A stretch of DNA of 61,504 bases, filler included, from 10 parts of 10 records of this genome joined end to end with filler, not necessarily neighbours in it; one strand, 5' to 3'; counted from the first letter of the whole stretch, positions 32,835-46,002 are shown. The notes: a model not told the origin generated them from the sequence alone. Made by a program: numbers and translations.

Positions 32835-35801
32835 TCAGTCATCGAGCGTCGCCTTCTTCATGCTGTTCCTGAGCATCTCCTGCTTCATTCGCTTAACGTT
32901 AGCACGCTGCTGCATGTATGAGTTCTCTGTTGCGACCTTCGAGCGCAAGCTCATACCACTCTTTTTGAAAGCTTCCTGCTGCGTCTTAATGGTCTCCATA
33001 AACTCGCCCTCCTGCGAGGCCTCATGCTGTGCTACTGTATCCCGCAGATACTGCTGCTCCTCCATGATCTCGTCGATGCACGCACGGTTGCCGGCGAGAT
33101 GCGCTGCTAACCGTTCCGCATCTGGCGTAATCGGTCGCACCATAGATTCTTCGAGCTCTGTCGCGATGTCCTCCATCACTTCACCCTGCTTCAGTTCCGC
33201 GTACCTGCGGATGACCGCTAACCGCATGAGGTCATCTTCCGACAAGTCGTGGCCCTCGAAGCCGCACTTGCACATTACAGAGAAGATCTTCGCCTTCACG
33301 TCTTGTTTCCCCAACTCGCCCATCACCGACTCCCGCACTGCATTCAGAGTGCCAGCGCCCAGCGCCCGTCGCTCCGACGCATCGGCGGTGTCTTGCAGCT
33401 TCGCGAGCTCCTCTCGGAACGGCTCTAGCATCGTACCCGTGCCAGCCAGTGGCCGCTCCTGATTTACAACGTAGCCTGTGGCTTCATCGGCGATATGAAG
33501 CTTTGTCTCCTGCTGTCGCCACAAGTCCATCATCACCTGTACTGCTGTCTTGCTACTGACATCAGACTGCCAGTCAAGGAACTCGAGCACAGCCTCCTTG
33601 TACTCGCAGGTGTCAGCGATGCAGCCCAATATTTGCCCGTGCAGTACAGCCGGTGACCCTTCCAGCAGAGCAAGCAATGCTCCCATACCGTCCACAGCAA
33701 GGAATCGCGCCGCATTTCGCGGTGACCCATCTACGACACTCCATAGCGTATCAAGCGCTGCCACCAGCAACGTTTCGGAGCGATCGGGATCCTCTGGAAC
33801 GAACGTCAGCAGGTTGCGCAGAGTACCCACACCGCGCTCCCGTGCCACCATCCGTTGGTTGATTTCGTTGCCGCTGCACAAGGCACTCAGCACGCAAAGC
33901 GCATCTTGGCGCAACTGCACCGCTTGCTCGATGCTGACGCCCAAGCTCTGGTGCTCGTTCGGGAGAACTGGTTCCTGGATAATGCCCAGCATGATCGGAA
34001 CTGCGCCATACTCACCTAGCTCTGTCGCAAACCCTGGCAGCCGGCAGATGGCTACCAGCAAACTGAGAGCGGCAGCTCTGAGAGTTGGAGACCCCGCGAC
34101 GCCTCCACCACCTCCGACGTCTATGTATGATTGATCACGCGCGGGGCCAGTAGTGGTCGGTCCAGTGCCAATGTGCATCGTGGGCGGAGCCTGCGGCGGC
34201 TCGGCGAGGTTGAGTAGGAACATTAGCGTTGCCTGGACGCCGTCTGCCTGGTGAAAGTCGTCTGCACACTTCGGGGCGACCTCAGTCAGACAAACGATCA
34301 CCGCCTCTTGCAGCTCCCTTGCATTCTCCGGTCCCCACCCGTCTTGCAGCACAGCTGGGACTGCGGCTGTCGGAACGTCGTTGAGTGTTCCTGTTTTGGC
34401 CGTTTGTGACGCTAGCAAGTCCATCCCGCCCTCGCTGTGATGGTGCCCTGTATTAGCATCCACAAACCCGCCATCCATCGCTGGCTCAAGAAGGCTCATT
34501 GATGCCGGTAGGAGGCCATCGCTGAGCATGTTGACCAAGCATTCTGGGTCCACACAGGTCTTGGCGCACAGGTTGAAGGTCCACTTCATCAGCTCCAGCT
34601 GATGCCATGAGCCCGACTCACGTGAAGCGGCCCTGGACTGGGCTACGCGCCCCTTCGCAAGCACGGGGTGTTCTTTGCCAAGAGTTGGCCCTACTGAGCC
34701 AGCAAGCGCAAGCGTGAGCATGCTGCACTGTTGAAGCTCAGAACCGCGCTCGTTGAACGGCATCGCGAACGCAGACAGGGCGCCTGGAACGCGAGCGCAG
34801 AGGGTTGCAACCAGCAGGACATCGTTACGCAGATCCTTCGCCTTGTCGCTGAAGCCGTCGCAGAGAAGGCGGCCGAACAAGTCGTTTAGGAGCAGAACCA
34901 GTTCCTTGGTCACCAGAGGCTCCCAGACCGACTGGGGGCACATGTCCAGCACGTTCCAGAGAACCTGCACTGCGCAGGCAACCCCTTCTTCGGCGAAATC
35001 GTCGAGCATCATGCCTGCGAGAATCGGGACCGCGCCTGCTTGGACCAGCATGTCGCACCCTTGCGGACTTGCGGAGACCTCGCGCATCAGACGCGCCATG
35101 CTTTCCTCGAGTTGCACGTTCGTGAACTCCGACGTTGCCCGGCCCGCACGCAGCGAGTCCAGCACCGAAGCGGACAGACTGACCATGCCGCTATCATCGA
35201 GCACCTTGTGCTGCAGCCGTGCACGGCGCGCGCCCACCGGGTTGACCTTCTCCTCCTGGTCCGGGTCGGTGACGTGCACGAACGGCATCAGCGCGGCCGC
35301 GGCGGTCAGCTGAACGCGCGGAACGGGGCAGTAGAGGCAGCGCGAGATGCTCTTGAGCAGCTGGCTCAGCGCCCCGCTGCAGCGCTCATCCTCCGTCACG
35401 CCGGTCACCAGGAACGGCTCCATACACAGCCGTAGCAGTTGGCACAACGGCTCGACGAACTCGTGCTGCTGCGCCTCGGCGATGCGCTCGTTGCACAACG
35501 TCACAATCGGGTGCAGGTTCTCCAGGTCCTGCAGCAGCAATCCCGCCTGGTTCTGCTCGCAGATGCGCATGATCGCCGCCACCTGACGGTCCACCATGTC
35601 GCTCGAGTGGCTGTCCGTGAAGAGCTTCTGCGCCCGCTGCAGCTTCTCCTTCGCCGACATGGGCATCCCACTCCCTCCGCTACCCCCACTCCTGCCTTGC
35701 GTTGATCCGCCCATCGTGCTCACAAAACCGCCCACGCTACTCCCCGGGTTGGACAGCCCCCGAATCGAGGACATCGGCGCGCTCGCCACCATGCTCGCCA
35801 T
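32835..35801 (-). CDS. CFAP69: Cilia- and flagella-associated protein 69 (ARM-repeat); intronless
   Basis: N-terminal KLFTD..DRQVAAIMRICE..GLLLQDL..LCQLLRLCMEPFL, central DKAKDLRNDVLLVA, and C-terminal YAELKQGEVMEDI..VRPITPD match my recollection of the CFAP69 conserved blocks. Confidence 0.8.
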   Translation of the reverse strand: MASMVASAPMSSIRGLSNPGSSVGGFVSTMGGSTQGRSGGSGGSGMPMSAKEKLQRAQKLFTDSHSSDMVDRQVAAIMRICEQNQAGLLLQDLENLHPIVTLCNERIAEAQQHEFVEPLCQLLRLCMEPFLVTGVTEDERCSGALSQLLKSISRCLYCPVPRVQLTAAAALMPFVHVTDPDQEEKVNPVGARRARLQHKVLDDSGMVSLSASVLDSLRAGRATSEFTNVQLEESMARLMREVSASPQGCDMLVQAGAVPILAGMMLDDFAEEGVACAVQVLWNVLDMCPQSVWEPLVTKELVLLLNDLFGRLLCDGFSDKAKDLRNDVLLVATLCARVPGALSAFAMPFNERGSELQQCSMLTLALAGSVGPTLGKEHPVLAKGRVAQSRAASRESGSWHQLELMKWTFNLCAKTCVDPECLVNMLSDGLLPASMSLLEPAMDGGFVDANTGHHHSEGGMDLLASQTAKTGTLNDVPTAAVPAVLQDGWGPENARELQEAVIVCLTEVAPKCADDFHQADGVQATLMFLLNLAEPPQAPPTMHIGTGPTTTGPARDQSYIDVGGGGGVAGSPTLRAAALSLLVAICRLPGFATELGEYGAVPIMLGIIQEPVLPNEHQSLGVSIEQAVQLRQDALCVLSALCSGNEINQRMVARERGVGTLRNLLTFVPEDPDRSETLLVAALDTLWSVVDGSPRNAARFLAVDGMGALLALLEGSPAVLHGQILGCIADTCEYKEAVLEFLDWQSDVSSKTAVQVMMDLWRQQETKLHIADEATGYVVNQERPLAGTGTMLEPFREELAKLQDTADASERRALGAGTLNAVRESVMGELGKQDVKAKIFSVMCKCGFEGHDLSEDDLMRLAVIRRYAELKQGEVMEDIATELEESMVRPITPDAERLAAHLAGNRACIDEIMEEQQYLRDTVAQHEASQEGEFMETIKTQQEAFKKSGMSLRSKVATENSYMQQRANVKRMKQEMLRNSMKKATLDD

Positions 35802-36459
35802 CCTCCCGCCCGCCCTGTTCCGGCGACAGGAAAGGGTGCCCTCCCCCACCCAGCTGAGGGAGCGGGTGCTGACCGCTCCAGGGGACCCCAACAGGCGCAC
35901 CACCACCGCCCGGAACGCCACACCTCTACCCAGCAGCCCCCCGCCACCCACCACCGACCACCCCGTCTGCTCACACCAGCAAACCCCTCAGTGCACCGCA
36001 CCGCGCACCGCAGCAGCCAGGGGGGCCCAGCCAGGCTGCTGCGCCCCCCACGCCACTGTCGAGCAGCCAGTCCAGCCAGCCCAGCCCAGCCCGTGGCAAA
36101 ACGACAGCGCCGTTCGTTTTCCGCCGCTGAAAACCCGCGAGTTCATGCGGAGGATTCCTACGGTTTTGACTAAACGGACAGTGTGAAGATTATATAGTCT
36201 TGCACTCAGCGGATGTGTTGGAGGGGAGGGGTTTTGTGGCGGGGGGCGGGCTGAGTCGGGATTGCGGTCGTTTTCGAGCTGGAGCATGAGTGTAACAGTT
36301 TCGGGATTCCGATTGGGGGATTAATAGCACACTGATGAACTGGAATTCCAGTACATCACAGCGGGCTGGGTCAGGATTCAATATAAACGCGGGGCCAGAA
36401 CCAGTCTAATCTCAGTTCTTGTACGCGGAAAAACCAGTGTCTCGGGGCGGTCCGCGGAG

Positions 36460-36559
36460 NNNNNNNNNNNNNNNNNNNNNNNNNNNNNNNNNNNNNNNNN
36501 NNNTTAATTAATTAANNNNNNNNNNNNNNNNNNNNNNNNNNNNNNNNNNNNNNNNNNNN
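36460..36559. other. Artificial contig spacer
   Basis: N44-TTAATTAATTAA-N44. Confidence 0.99.
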
Positions 36560-39500
36560 CGGCTCCAGCTCCGGCTCCAGCTCCGGCTCGTCACGAGGGC
36601 TGTACTCCGGCACGAGTTCAGCACAAATCGTTTCTTGCTGGTCCCAAGACAAGCTGACACCACAAATCAGATCGATGTACTCGAGATCTAGAAGACGCGA
36701 CACATACGATGGATCCTCGGGTTTGAATCTCTCAAATAGCACAGTGCCATCATTCTCGTTGAAGCTGCACCATCCACCAGCAGTCTTGATGCGTTTGATT
36801 GGCATCATGGCATTGCCATCCTTTTTTGCTTTCTTCAACTGCTGAGAGTCAGGCTTAATGGTTTTGGTTCGTAATATCTCCACCTCTTGTCCTGCCTGCA
36901 GCCTGCCGATGGTTTTTGATTCCATTGACACTTTGTCGTGCAGTGGAACGTGCTGTTTCGCCCGGGCCCAATCACGATCGGGCTCCTCTTGGAACTGATC
37001 GAACGACGGAACCATTACTCGTTTGACAGGTCCCAACTTATCGCGAGCTCGATTCAAGTGTGCCGCACGCTGTTTTTTCGACGCCCCACCCCAAGCGTCA
37101 TATACCTGTTTGGTGTTGGCCCCGTCCAATGTTTCAGAGTCTTTTGTGAACTCTGTTAACGCTTGAATGTGCAGGTTGAATACATAATCCGCTGCCACGG
37201 CAGCATCGGCTGTCGCCTGCTTGTGCTGTTGCTGCAGGTACAGTTTCTCCAGAGCGTCGGCATTAAGCTGATCGTCCACTGCTATTTGTTCTGCGTCGGC
37301 GCTGATCTTTTCTGACTGCTCATCCGCCCAGCGCTGCATAGCATCGTGGATTATGGGCCTGGCATAGGCATGCAAGTAATCAGTGTCGAGCACCATGACC
37401 TGCAGCATTTCCAGGTTCATGGCGTGTGGTTTGCGCTTGCTAGAATTCTCGGTGTCCAGCATCAGGAGATGTGTGCCCTCGCGATAGTCTGTTACAGGGC
37501 CCCGCTGCCCATCGCCAAGGTCGACAATTTCGCCCACCAGTGACTCAGGGTCTGCTCGCATCTCATCGCTGAGGCTCACCCAAGCCACGTCTTGTGACAT
37601 CGCACCGTCTACTGCCGCAGCTTCCGCCTTTTTGCGCAGTGAATCTGCTTCCGTGTTGAAGACAGATAGTTCGGCGTCAACGTACTCCTGAACAAATACT
37701 TCACTACTGATCTGAAAATCCTGCTGCGAGTAGTCCAGCCGCACTGTCTGGCTGCCGCCAATGTCAAAATTGATGATGTGAACACCTTGCTTCTTGTTAC
37801 CTTGACAGCCCACCACGGTGCCTTCGCCGTATCCTGGGACAATCACCCGTCTGCCCACAAGCTCGCTCGGCTTCAGCTTTTTTGTCGAGCTTCCGTCGAT
37901 CCAAACATCCGGGTTTTTGAAAGCAAGCAGGCGTGCGTGGTCTTCCAATTCTGCACGAACGCGGTCAACAGGGTCAACTACAGTATCGCCCCGCGCTCGG
38001 TGGCGCACCTTCTTGGCTATGGGGCTGGCGCTTTGTACCCAAGCGGCGAAGTCGTCGTACGAGCAGGATCTTGTCGCATCCAGTTCCACAAGCATCCGAT
38101 CCATTTGTTTGTCCGTCAGCTCAATCTCTAGTACGGTGCGCAATCTATCAAGGTCTGCAACCATAATGACACCCTCAGATCTGACGTCGAAGGCATCGTA
38201 CAGAAATTGAATTTGGGCGTCTGTCAAATCTGGATCCAGCATGCGCTTCTCGACTTTGTCGACTGCCACAGCACCTGCCCCACCAACTCTAGCTGTAGCT
38301 GAGACGCCAGCTTTAGCTGCAGCAAGCACGATCTTGCTGCCCGGACGCGCAACCTTCTTAGTTCCTTTTGTCAGCAACTTGACCCCTGAGATCGCACCAG
38401 CGCTAACTGCCTTGACACCGCCATACGCACCACCAACAGTGCCAACTGTCATCATTGCTGCCATTTTGGCTGCGCGCTCAGCGGCATCGCTGCCTCGCTT
38501 GCCTGCTGCGACATACCCACGTGTTGTCTTAGCGCCAGGAGCATCGCCGTTGATCCATTCTACAAACGCCGCATAGTCGAAGAGACCATGATCGTCGAGT
38601 CTGATCTCTGACTCGAACGCTGTTAAGTCGGCCTCAGTTGGAGAGAACGCGATCGCCATCTTGAAGTTCTTCAGTGCTGCAATTGGAATCCTACCATCGT
38701 CGTCCCAATCCAGCTCGTCAAACAGATTTTTGATTACGTCCTCATGCAGCCTTGGGTTAACATCTGCAGGCTCTGAATCTGGCAATACAAGGTCTGCAGC
38801 ATGTTGGTTTACCAGTAGGGCCACTTCGGTGCCTGAGTTCACCCATGGATAAAACTGAGAGATGTCGCATGTCCATTGTGCTTGATTCACAGTCGCGTGT
38901 TTGCCATCGTCAACTTCATCCACATTTGCATCTTGGACGCCCAACCGGTCTCGCAGCTCGCGTTCTCTTGTCGCCTCAAACTCGAGGTCAGACGTGATAC
39001 CAGACAGCAGCTGATCGAACAATTTTGAAGCTACCTGCTGCTTGCGATCGAAGAGCCAACGCTTGAATCTGATCAGATCTGCGCCCCTGGCCTTCGAGAT
39101 ATCGCACTCTTTCCTGGCTTTGTCCAGGTCGCCCCTCGATACTTTCAAGCCCAGCTCTGCACAATGGCTCGGAGTGAGACCGTCCCAGTGCTCCTTTGTG
39201 AGGAGATCTATTGGTGCATCTTGGTCCGCGATCTCGACAGCACGAAACGAGTTGAAGATATGTTCGGCCCTAGCATTCAGCCTTCCAAAGGTCTTGATTT
39301 TCAGGGCAACTATGCTGTCCATGGCAAGCCAATCCTTAAACTGGCCTTCGTCTATCTGCCCAGAGGCACCGGAATCAAGTTCGTTCATGAGTAACTCGAC
39401 ATCTTTGCGCTTCAACTTTAAGTTCGTTTCGCTCAGAATATTGGTCAGCCGAGCAAGGTCGGCACTTGGTAGTTTCTGCGAAGGCTCATTTTGACCAAAC

Positions 39501-40664
39501 AACTGCTGCCATAAAACCCCGGCCAGTTTGTCATTATACGTGCGCATCAGCCCCGACGCAACCCGCTGCGCAACAATATCTCGCGAAGCGCACCATGAAC
39601 AGAACACGTCTTCATCTACGATGCCAATTGCATTGATATCAGCCAACTTCATGGACTTGTACAGTTTGTCGAGCTCCCCTCCGAGCATGTGGTCAAGCTG
39701 TGCTGCTTTGCAAAAGCCGCTGAGATCTTGGCGCCTGAGGCGTTTTCTGCGCCTCCTGCCACCTGATTCATCGGGTATCGGGGCAAGAATATTGAACAGA
39801 ACTTTGAACTGCTCATCCCGAGGATCCGGCTTACGAGCTTTCTTTTTCTTTTTCTTTTTCTTCCTCTGTCGCTCTTTTTTGGAGACGTTGGAGGTATCGT
39901 CGTCATCAGAATCGCTATCGGTCACATCTTCTTCGACACGAGCTGCGATGATTGCCTCGCGAACATATAGTGCGAAGCCTGTTAGGGCCTTCTCTCCGAC
40001 TGCGGGAGTCGTCCCTGTTGTTTCGGCCGCTGCGACATCGTGAAAATATGCTGAAAAGTCGTCAAAGTCCAGTGCCCAGAGATCTCCAAACATCTCATTT
40101 TTTGCTCGAACGTACGCTTCCTCAGGCACAGCGATACCCAACTCGTCGACTATGTTGAGTGACTTCCACCAATCATCAATCGCGTCAATTTCGCGCCGAT
40201 CAATGGTGCCGCTTCCATCCACATCCAACATTCTGAACTGCTCCAAGCACTCCCTACGCACGTCATTAGAGTCCATTTCTTCGCGTACTGCTGCACTCTC
40301 TTTGCCAGCCAGCCTGCCCGCACTTTGCTTTGCGACTGCCCCAAAGCCTTTCTTTTTTGCGTCTCTGCCGTAGGCCTTTTTCCATTCGACACGGGCGTGA
40401 GAGAGTGCTGCCGCTGCCTTGGCGTCCTCCCTGGCTTTCCGGTATTCGAGCTCTTCGTCGTATTTGTCCAGTGCAGAGCTAACGTACACACTGACAGAGG
40501 TTTCATTGAGCACGCGCCAGTCAAGCTTGTTGAGGTCAGCAGCGCGAATCATTTCTTGAAACGGTTCACTCGCATCCTCCATAGGGCTGAAGCAGCCTTC
40601 GAACCCAGCTTCGTAACCATCAAAATCGATGAGGAGACCCTTCTTGCTACCCTCCAGCACTGTA
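36560..40664 (-). CDS. Large multi-EF-hand protein with two small beta-barrel repeats and an SH3-like domain; partial at both ends
   Basis: Open frame across the whole contig. EF-hands DVDGSGTIDRRE, DSGASGQIDEGQF and DWDDDGRIPIAAL plus degenerate copies. Poly-K patch. Ends in an EPELEP repeat. Confidence 0.8.
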
Positions 40665-40764
40665 NNNNNNNNNNNNNNNNNNNNNNNNNNNNNNNNNNNN
40701 NNNNNNNNTTAATTAATTAANNNNNNNNNNNNNNNNNNNNNNNNNNNNNNNNNNNNNNNNNNNN
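40665..40764. other. Artificial contig spacer
   Basis: N44-TTAATTAATTAA-N44. Confidence 0.99.
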
Positions 40765-43700
40765 ACATACGCCCCCGTTTTGGCAAGGGTTGCTAAGGCA
40801 CTCGTCGATATCAGTGCAGGACTGGCCATCACCTGTCCATCCGTTTCGACAGGAACACTCATGCTGACCCGGTCCAAGCCACTCGCAGATAGCTGTCTCA
40901 GAGTCACAGTCGTTTTCTTCCCCGCTACATAAGCGACCAACCGTTTCGCATAGTTCTCCACTGAGCCTCACCACATCCGCATCATAACGCATAGCATCAT
41001 AGTAATATGTGCCCGGGATCTCCTCAGCGGTGGCACAATCGCACCAGAATCGGTCTGTATACGAAAAGCAAGCCGCCCCGTTCTGGCATGGAGTACTTTC
41101 ACATTCATCGATATCGATATTGCAGTTACCACTGTCGTCAGAGCTGAACCCGGGTTGGCATGTGCACTCGTACGAGTCTACAAAATCATTGCATGCGGCT
41201 CCGTTTTGGCATGGTGTACTGTCGCACTCATTGATGTCTAGCTCGCAGTTGCCGTCGTTGCTGCCCTCGTCCACAAGCACTGCATCACAATCGGTGATTC
41301 GCGCGTAACTGTCGTAGTCGCATGTCGGGTTTGCGAACCCAGCTGCACAATTGCAGTCATATCCAGCATCTGTGTCAACGCACGTTGCTCCGTTCTGACA
41401 AGGTGTGCTAGCACACTCATCGACTATGACGTCACAGTTGCCACTGCCAGCAGCAGAGGCACTATCTGTGACGCTGCATTGGGCGCTGTAAGCGCCAATG
41501 AAGTCGTAGTCGCAAACACCGTTGGCGAAGCCCTCGGCACAAGAGCACCTGTAGGCGTCAATCGGCACAGTGCTGTCATCTTGCGAATCTACACACACCG
41601 CTTCGTTCTGGCATGGGTCACTCGCACACTCATCGGCGTCATCTGCACAATTGTCTCCGCTGTATCCATCGTCACACGCGCAGCTGTAAGCGGTTGGCGC
41701 GTCCGTTGTACACGAACCATGGACGCAAGGGCCGCTCGAGCATTCATCCACATCAATGTCACAGTTGCCGCTCAGCGTTTCATTACCGGGGTTGTCGTCG
41801 CTCTCAGCGACAGAACACTCTGTAGCAAATGTGCTCACAAAAACGTATTCACACAGTCCATTCGCGTATCCAGGCTCACAGGTGCACTGGTACGCGTCAA
41901 GAGAGACCACAGGTTCTATCGACGATTCCGTGCATGTCGCGCCATTTTGGCACGGAGCACTACGGCACTCGTCGAAATCATCTGCACAATTGTCACCATC
42001 CCAACCTGCCAGGCACTCGCAGCTGTAGGAGTCCAGCCCTGGCGTGCATGCCGCATCGTGCATGCATGGGTCGCTGAGACATTCGTTGATGTCATCAGAA
42101 CAGTCAACGCCACCAAATCCTGCAGTGCAGTTGCAGCTGTATGTGTCGGCGCCAACGCTATCGCTAGAGCCTGACTCAATGCAGGTAGCTCCGTTCTGGC
42201 AGAGATTCGTTTCGCACTCATCCACATCCACCGCGCAGTTATCTCCTTCAAATCCAGCACGACACAAACAGTCATAGCTATCCGGTGTCTCGGAATCCGT
42301 CGAACAGTCAGCCTGATTCTGACATGGAGAAGAGCCGCACTCGTCAACGTCCACATCGCAATTGCCGCTCAAGTCTGGGCTCGCTGTACTTTCTGCGACG
42401 GTGCACTCATTTTCGTAACCGTCAACGACCCCATCGGCACACATGCCGTTGGTAAACCCAGGAATGCAAGTGCACCGATATGCGCCGAATGCTACAGCCG
42501 CAGCCGCCGTACTCACGCTACTGTCGAATCGAATTTCCTCGTTGAAAATCGTTGACTGATCCACTGTTCCTGTCGATACGTCCACAACCCGCTCGCCGCC
42601 CAAATTTCCTTGGGCATTAATCTGAGCAGACCAGCTCGTTTGGGTCGGTATTGTAAGCTGTGCGATGATTACTTCAGTCGGAGCGCCAACAGTGCTAGCT
42701 GTGTCAGGCTCCAAAACGAACACCGCGCCGTCTTCAACGTGCAGTCCGTCTGATGCCCACACAGAAAAATCCACACCCACGCTGGATAACACTCCTTGCC
42801 GGCCGTCCGTCACACCGATCGTAAGCCATGAATCGTACTCTGCCTGGGGTTGTACTGCGAACAGCAGCGGATTGACACCCCCAACATCGACACCGAACGG
42901 CGGGTCGACCTGATAAGCCGCTGGAAACACCATGGGCCTCTGTGCAGTTCCGAAGATGGAATACAAGCTTGAGCCTGTCTGCAACTGCACAGACAGCGCA
43001 TATGTGGTGTGTGTGGCGGAAACAGCCACAATCGAAGTGGTTCCGAAGGCTTGCTGGTCCGGACGTAAGCTCATGGCATCAGAGTCGGAGCAAAGTGCAG
43101 AATTCTCGCATGGATTGCTGGAGCATTCGTCGAAGTCTGCTGCACAATTATCGCCTTCAAACCCGGCCCCACACGCGCACTCGTACTCGCCCACTGCCAA
43201 ATCGGCGTTTGTTGAGTCGGCGCAAACGGCGCCGTTCTGACACGGTTCGCTCGAGCACTCATCGACATCAATATCGCAGTTGCCATCCAGGGCTACGCTC
43301 GAAGTGCTCTCTAGAATACTGCATGCAACAGCAAATGCAGGCGGTGGGGTGTAATCACATCGACCGTTCGCGAAGCCTGTTGCACATAAACACTGATATG
43401 AACCCACGGATACCAACGCCTCCGTGGTAGACTCTGAACAATTTGCGCTGTTTTGGCACGGGTTACTGTCACACTCGTTCACGTCGACATCGCAGTTGCC
43501 ACCGGACTCGTCATTGCTGTCCATAATAGTGCACTGAACTGAGTATTCGTCGATAAAGTCATACGCACACTCTCCGTTGGCATACCCTGACGAACACAGG
43601 CACCGGTACGCATCTGATGGAACTGTCAGATCTGTAGTCGAGTCAATGCAGATCGCGCCATGTTGGCACGGATTACTAGCGCACTCATCGACATCTATCT

Positions 43701-44749
43701 CGCAGTTGCCAGCCCATGTGCCTGCACTCTCCTGGACAGTGCACGAATCGGTGTAGTTGGACAGGAAAGAATATTGACAGACTCCGCTGGCGAAGCCCGC
43801 GGCGCACAAACAGCGATATGCGTTAGCTGACACGGGAGGGTCTGCACTTGAGTCCAATGAATCGGTGCATACGGCGCCGTTTCGACACGGGTTGCTGTCG
43901 CATTCGTTGACGTCAATATCGCAGTTGCCACCGAGATCAGCGCTCACGCTGCTCTCCACTACAGTGCATTGCGTGTAGTACTCGTCAATGAAATTGTATG
44001 CACACAGTCCGTTGGCGAAGCCTGGTGCACACGTACACTGGTACGCATCGGCCGATACCGCAGGTTCTGCTGGTGCTCCCAAGCCACGCACTTGTGACTC
44101 TGAGCAGATGGCTCCGTTCTGGCACGGGCTGCTCGCGCATTCCGTGATGTCAGTGCCGCACACTGCTCCAGTTGCAAGGTTGCACTCCAGAGCGTAAGCT
44201 GCAGGAAAGTCGTAGTCACAAATGCCATTGGCAAACCCAGAGCCGCATCTGCAGCTGAACTCATTCGCCGGAATCGCAGTGTCGGTCACAGAATCTGCGC
44301 AGACAGCACCGTTTTGGCAAGGGCTGCTGACGCACTCGGCGACGTCGACATCACAGTTGCCATTGAGCAAAACAGCACATTGTGAGGCAAACTCAAACAA
44401 ATCAGAGTCGCACATCCCATTTGCGAAACCGGATACGCATGTGCACTGATAGTTGTTTGGTGGAATCGACGGGTCCATGCTGGAGTCGGTGCAAGTGGCA
44501 CCATTCTGACATGGATTGCTGTCGCACTCGTTGACGTCGACATCGCATGTTCCGTTGACTGCTATTGCACAATCATCGGTGTAGCTTGCGATAAATGTGT
44601 AGTCGCACATTCCGCCTGCAAAGCCAGGCGCGCATACGCATTGAAACGCGTCAGCATCCACGCCATCACTAGCAGTCGTGGAATCACGGCAAATCGCCTC
44701 ATTTTCACACGGCGACGAGATGCACTCGTTCATGTCAATGTCACAGTGA
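40765..44749 (-). CDS. Calcium-binding EGF-repeat extracellular protein (fibropellin/Notch-like repeats); partial at both ends
   Basis: About 20 repeats of D(I/V)(N/D)ECxSxPCQNGAxC...YxCxCxxGF in one open frame. Confidence 0.92.
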
Positions 44750-44849
44750 NNNNNNNNNNNNNNNNNNNNNNNNNNNNNNNNNNNNNNNNNNNNTTAATTA
44801 ATTAANNNNNNNNNNNNNNNNNNNNNNNNNNNNNNNNNNNNNNNNNNNN
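44750..44849. other. Artificial contig spacer
   Basis: N44-TTAATTAATTAA-N44. Confidence 0.99.
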
Positions 44850-45831
44850 GAGAAGCTCAGGAGCGTGCGGCTAAGAAAGCGGCTGGTAGTAGTGGTGCAG
44901 GCACCGCTAAGGAAGAGACTGGAAAAGGCCAGAAGCGCCCTGCAAGCGATCCGGCCAGCTCAAGCGATACCGCACCGAAGAAGCGCAGCCACAAGAAGAA
45001 GGTGAAGGTGGAGGACAGCGCCAGCCTGGTTAGTGCAGCGGCAGCGGAAGAGGACGATTTCACAGCATTGGTGCAGCCCCACCAGCCCCCCAAGTCGATG
45101 CGGCAGTACAAAGAGGAGATTGTTGATCTTCTGCCTCAGCTCAAGAAGCGGAAACTTCGACACGCGTTGGATATCATTCGCAAGGCCGACGAGTCGCTGA
45201 GCTCGGCTATGGACAGCGTCCCAGAGGAACAGGAGTTCTCACTAGACCTGGTAAGCGACCGTTCTGCACCCACCCGCGCTGGTTTTCGCACTGCCACTTC
45301 GTCGCGTCGCCTACTTGTCTGCACCACCCTGGCTTTCCGTGCTGGGCACTCACAGCGCGACTGTTGGACCAGGACACTCTGAGAGATGATGTCGTCTTGG
45401 CACTGCATGGATACTGCGAGAAGCATGTCTCAGGCACGAAAGATAAGCTCAAGGTTTCCTTGGTGGTCGCAAGTCCGACCGAACGCGCCAGCAGCAACGG
45501 CAGTGGCACGCAAAAGAAAGCAGCAGGGAGTGGCAAGCCAGCGAAGCCGAAGCGGTCGCATAAGAAGAAAGTAGTACCGGCAGCCCCGACGGTCTCAGCT
45601 GCTGTGGAAAGGTCGCCGCCAGTGAAGCCACGGTCTGCACCAGCACTAGGTCCGAGTCATTTTGACCTCATGCGCTCCGAGGCACAGAGAGCTGCGGCGG
45701 TGGCCCTCGAGCAAGAGGAGGTGCTGGAGCCACTCATGTTCGGAGACGAGCAGGCGCCCATCGAAGGACTCGGTGAAGGGGGCTTGTTCGGTGGTGGCCT
45801 CGATGACATTGCAGATGTACCGATATTCTAA
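44850..45831 (+). CDS. 3' end of an extra-terminal (ET/NET) domain chromatin protein (BET/GTE-like)
   Basis: Splicing 45251-45372 gives YKEEIVDLLPQLKKRKLRHALDIIRK..EFSLDLDTLRDDVVLALHGYC, an ET-domain pattern. K-rich NLS-like flanks. Confidence 0.7.
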
Positions 45832-46002
45832 TATCCACCGAGATGTTCGGCGGGCCATAGCTTCGGGCGATGGGCCAGCTAATTCGAGCTGTATAGAAAT
45901 AGACCCGCCTGGGTGACGCCCAGGCGCGTACGGAGAACGGTGTTGGGCTGAGTCAGACACGAGAGGAGACGGGCCATCAACGAACTTCCGCTGGCGCTCA
46001 GT

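Noticed and set aside
32860-36186. Long antisense ORFs over CFAP69 and other genes
   Set aside because: Expected shadow ORFs in GC-rich coding DNA, with no recognisable motifs.
40765-44749. Calling the EGF protein Notch or Crumbs
   Set aside because: Only EGF repeats are visible. No LNR, laminin-G, TM or ankyrin region lies in the contig.
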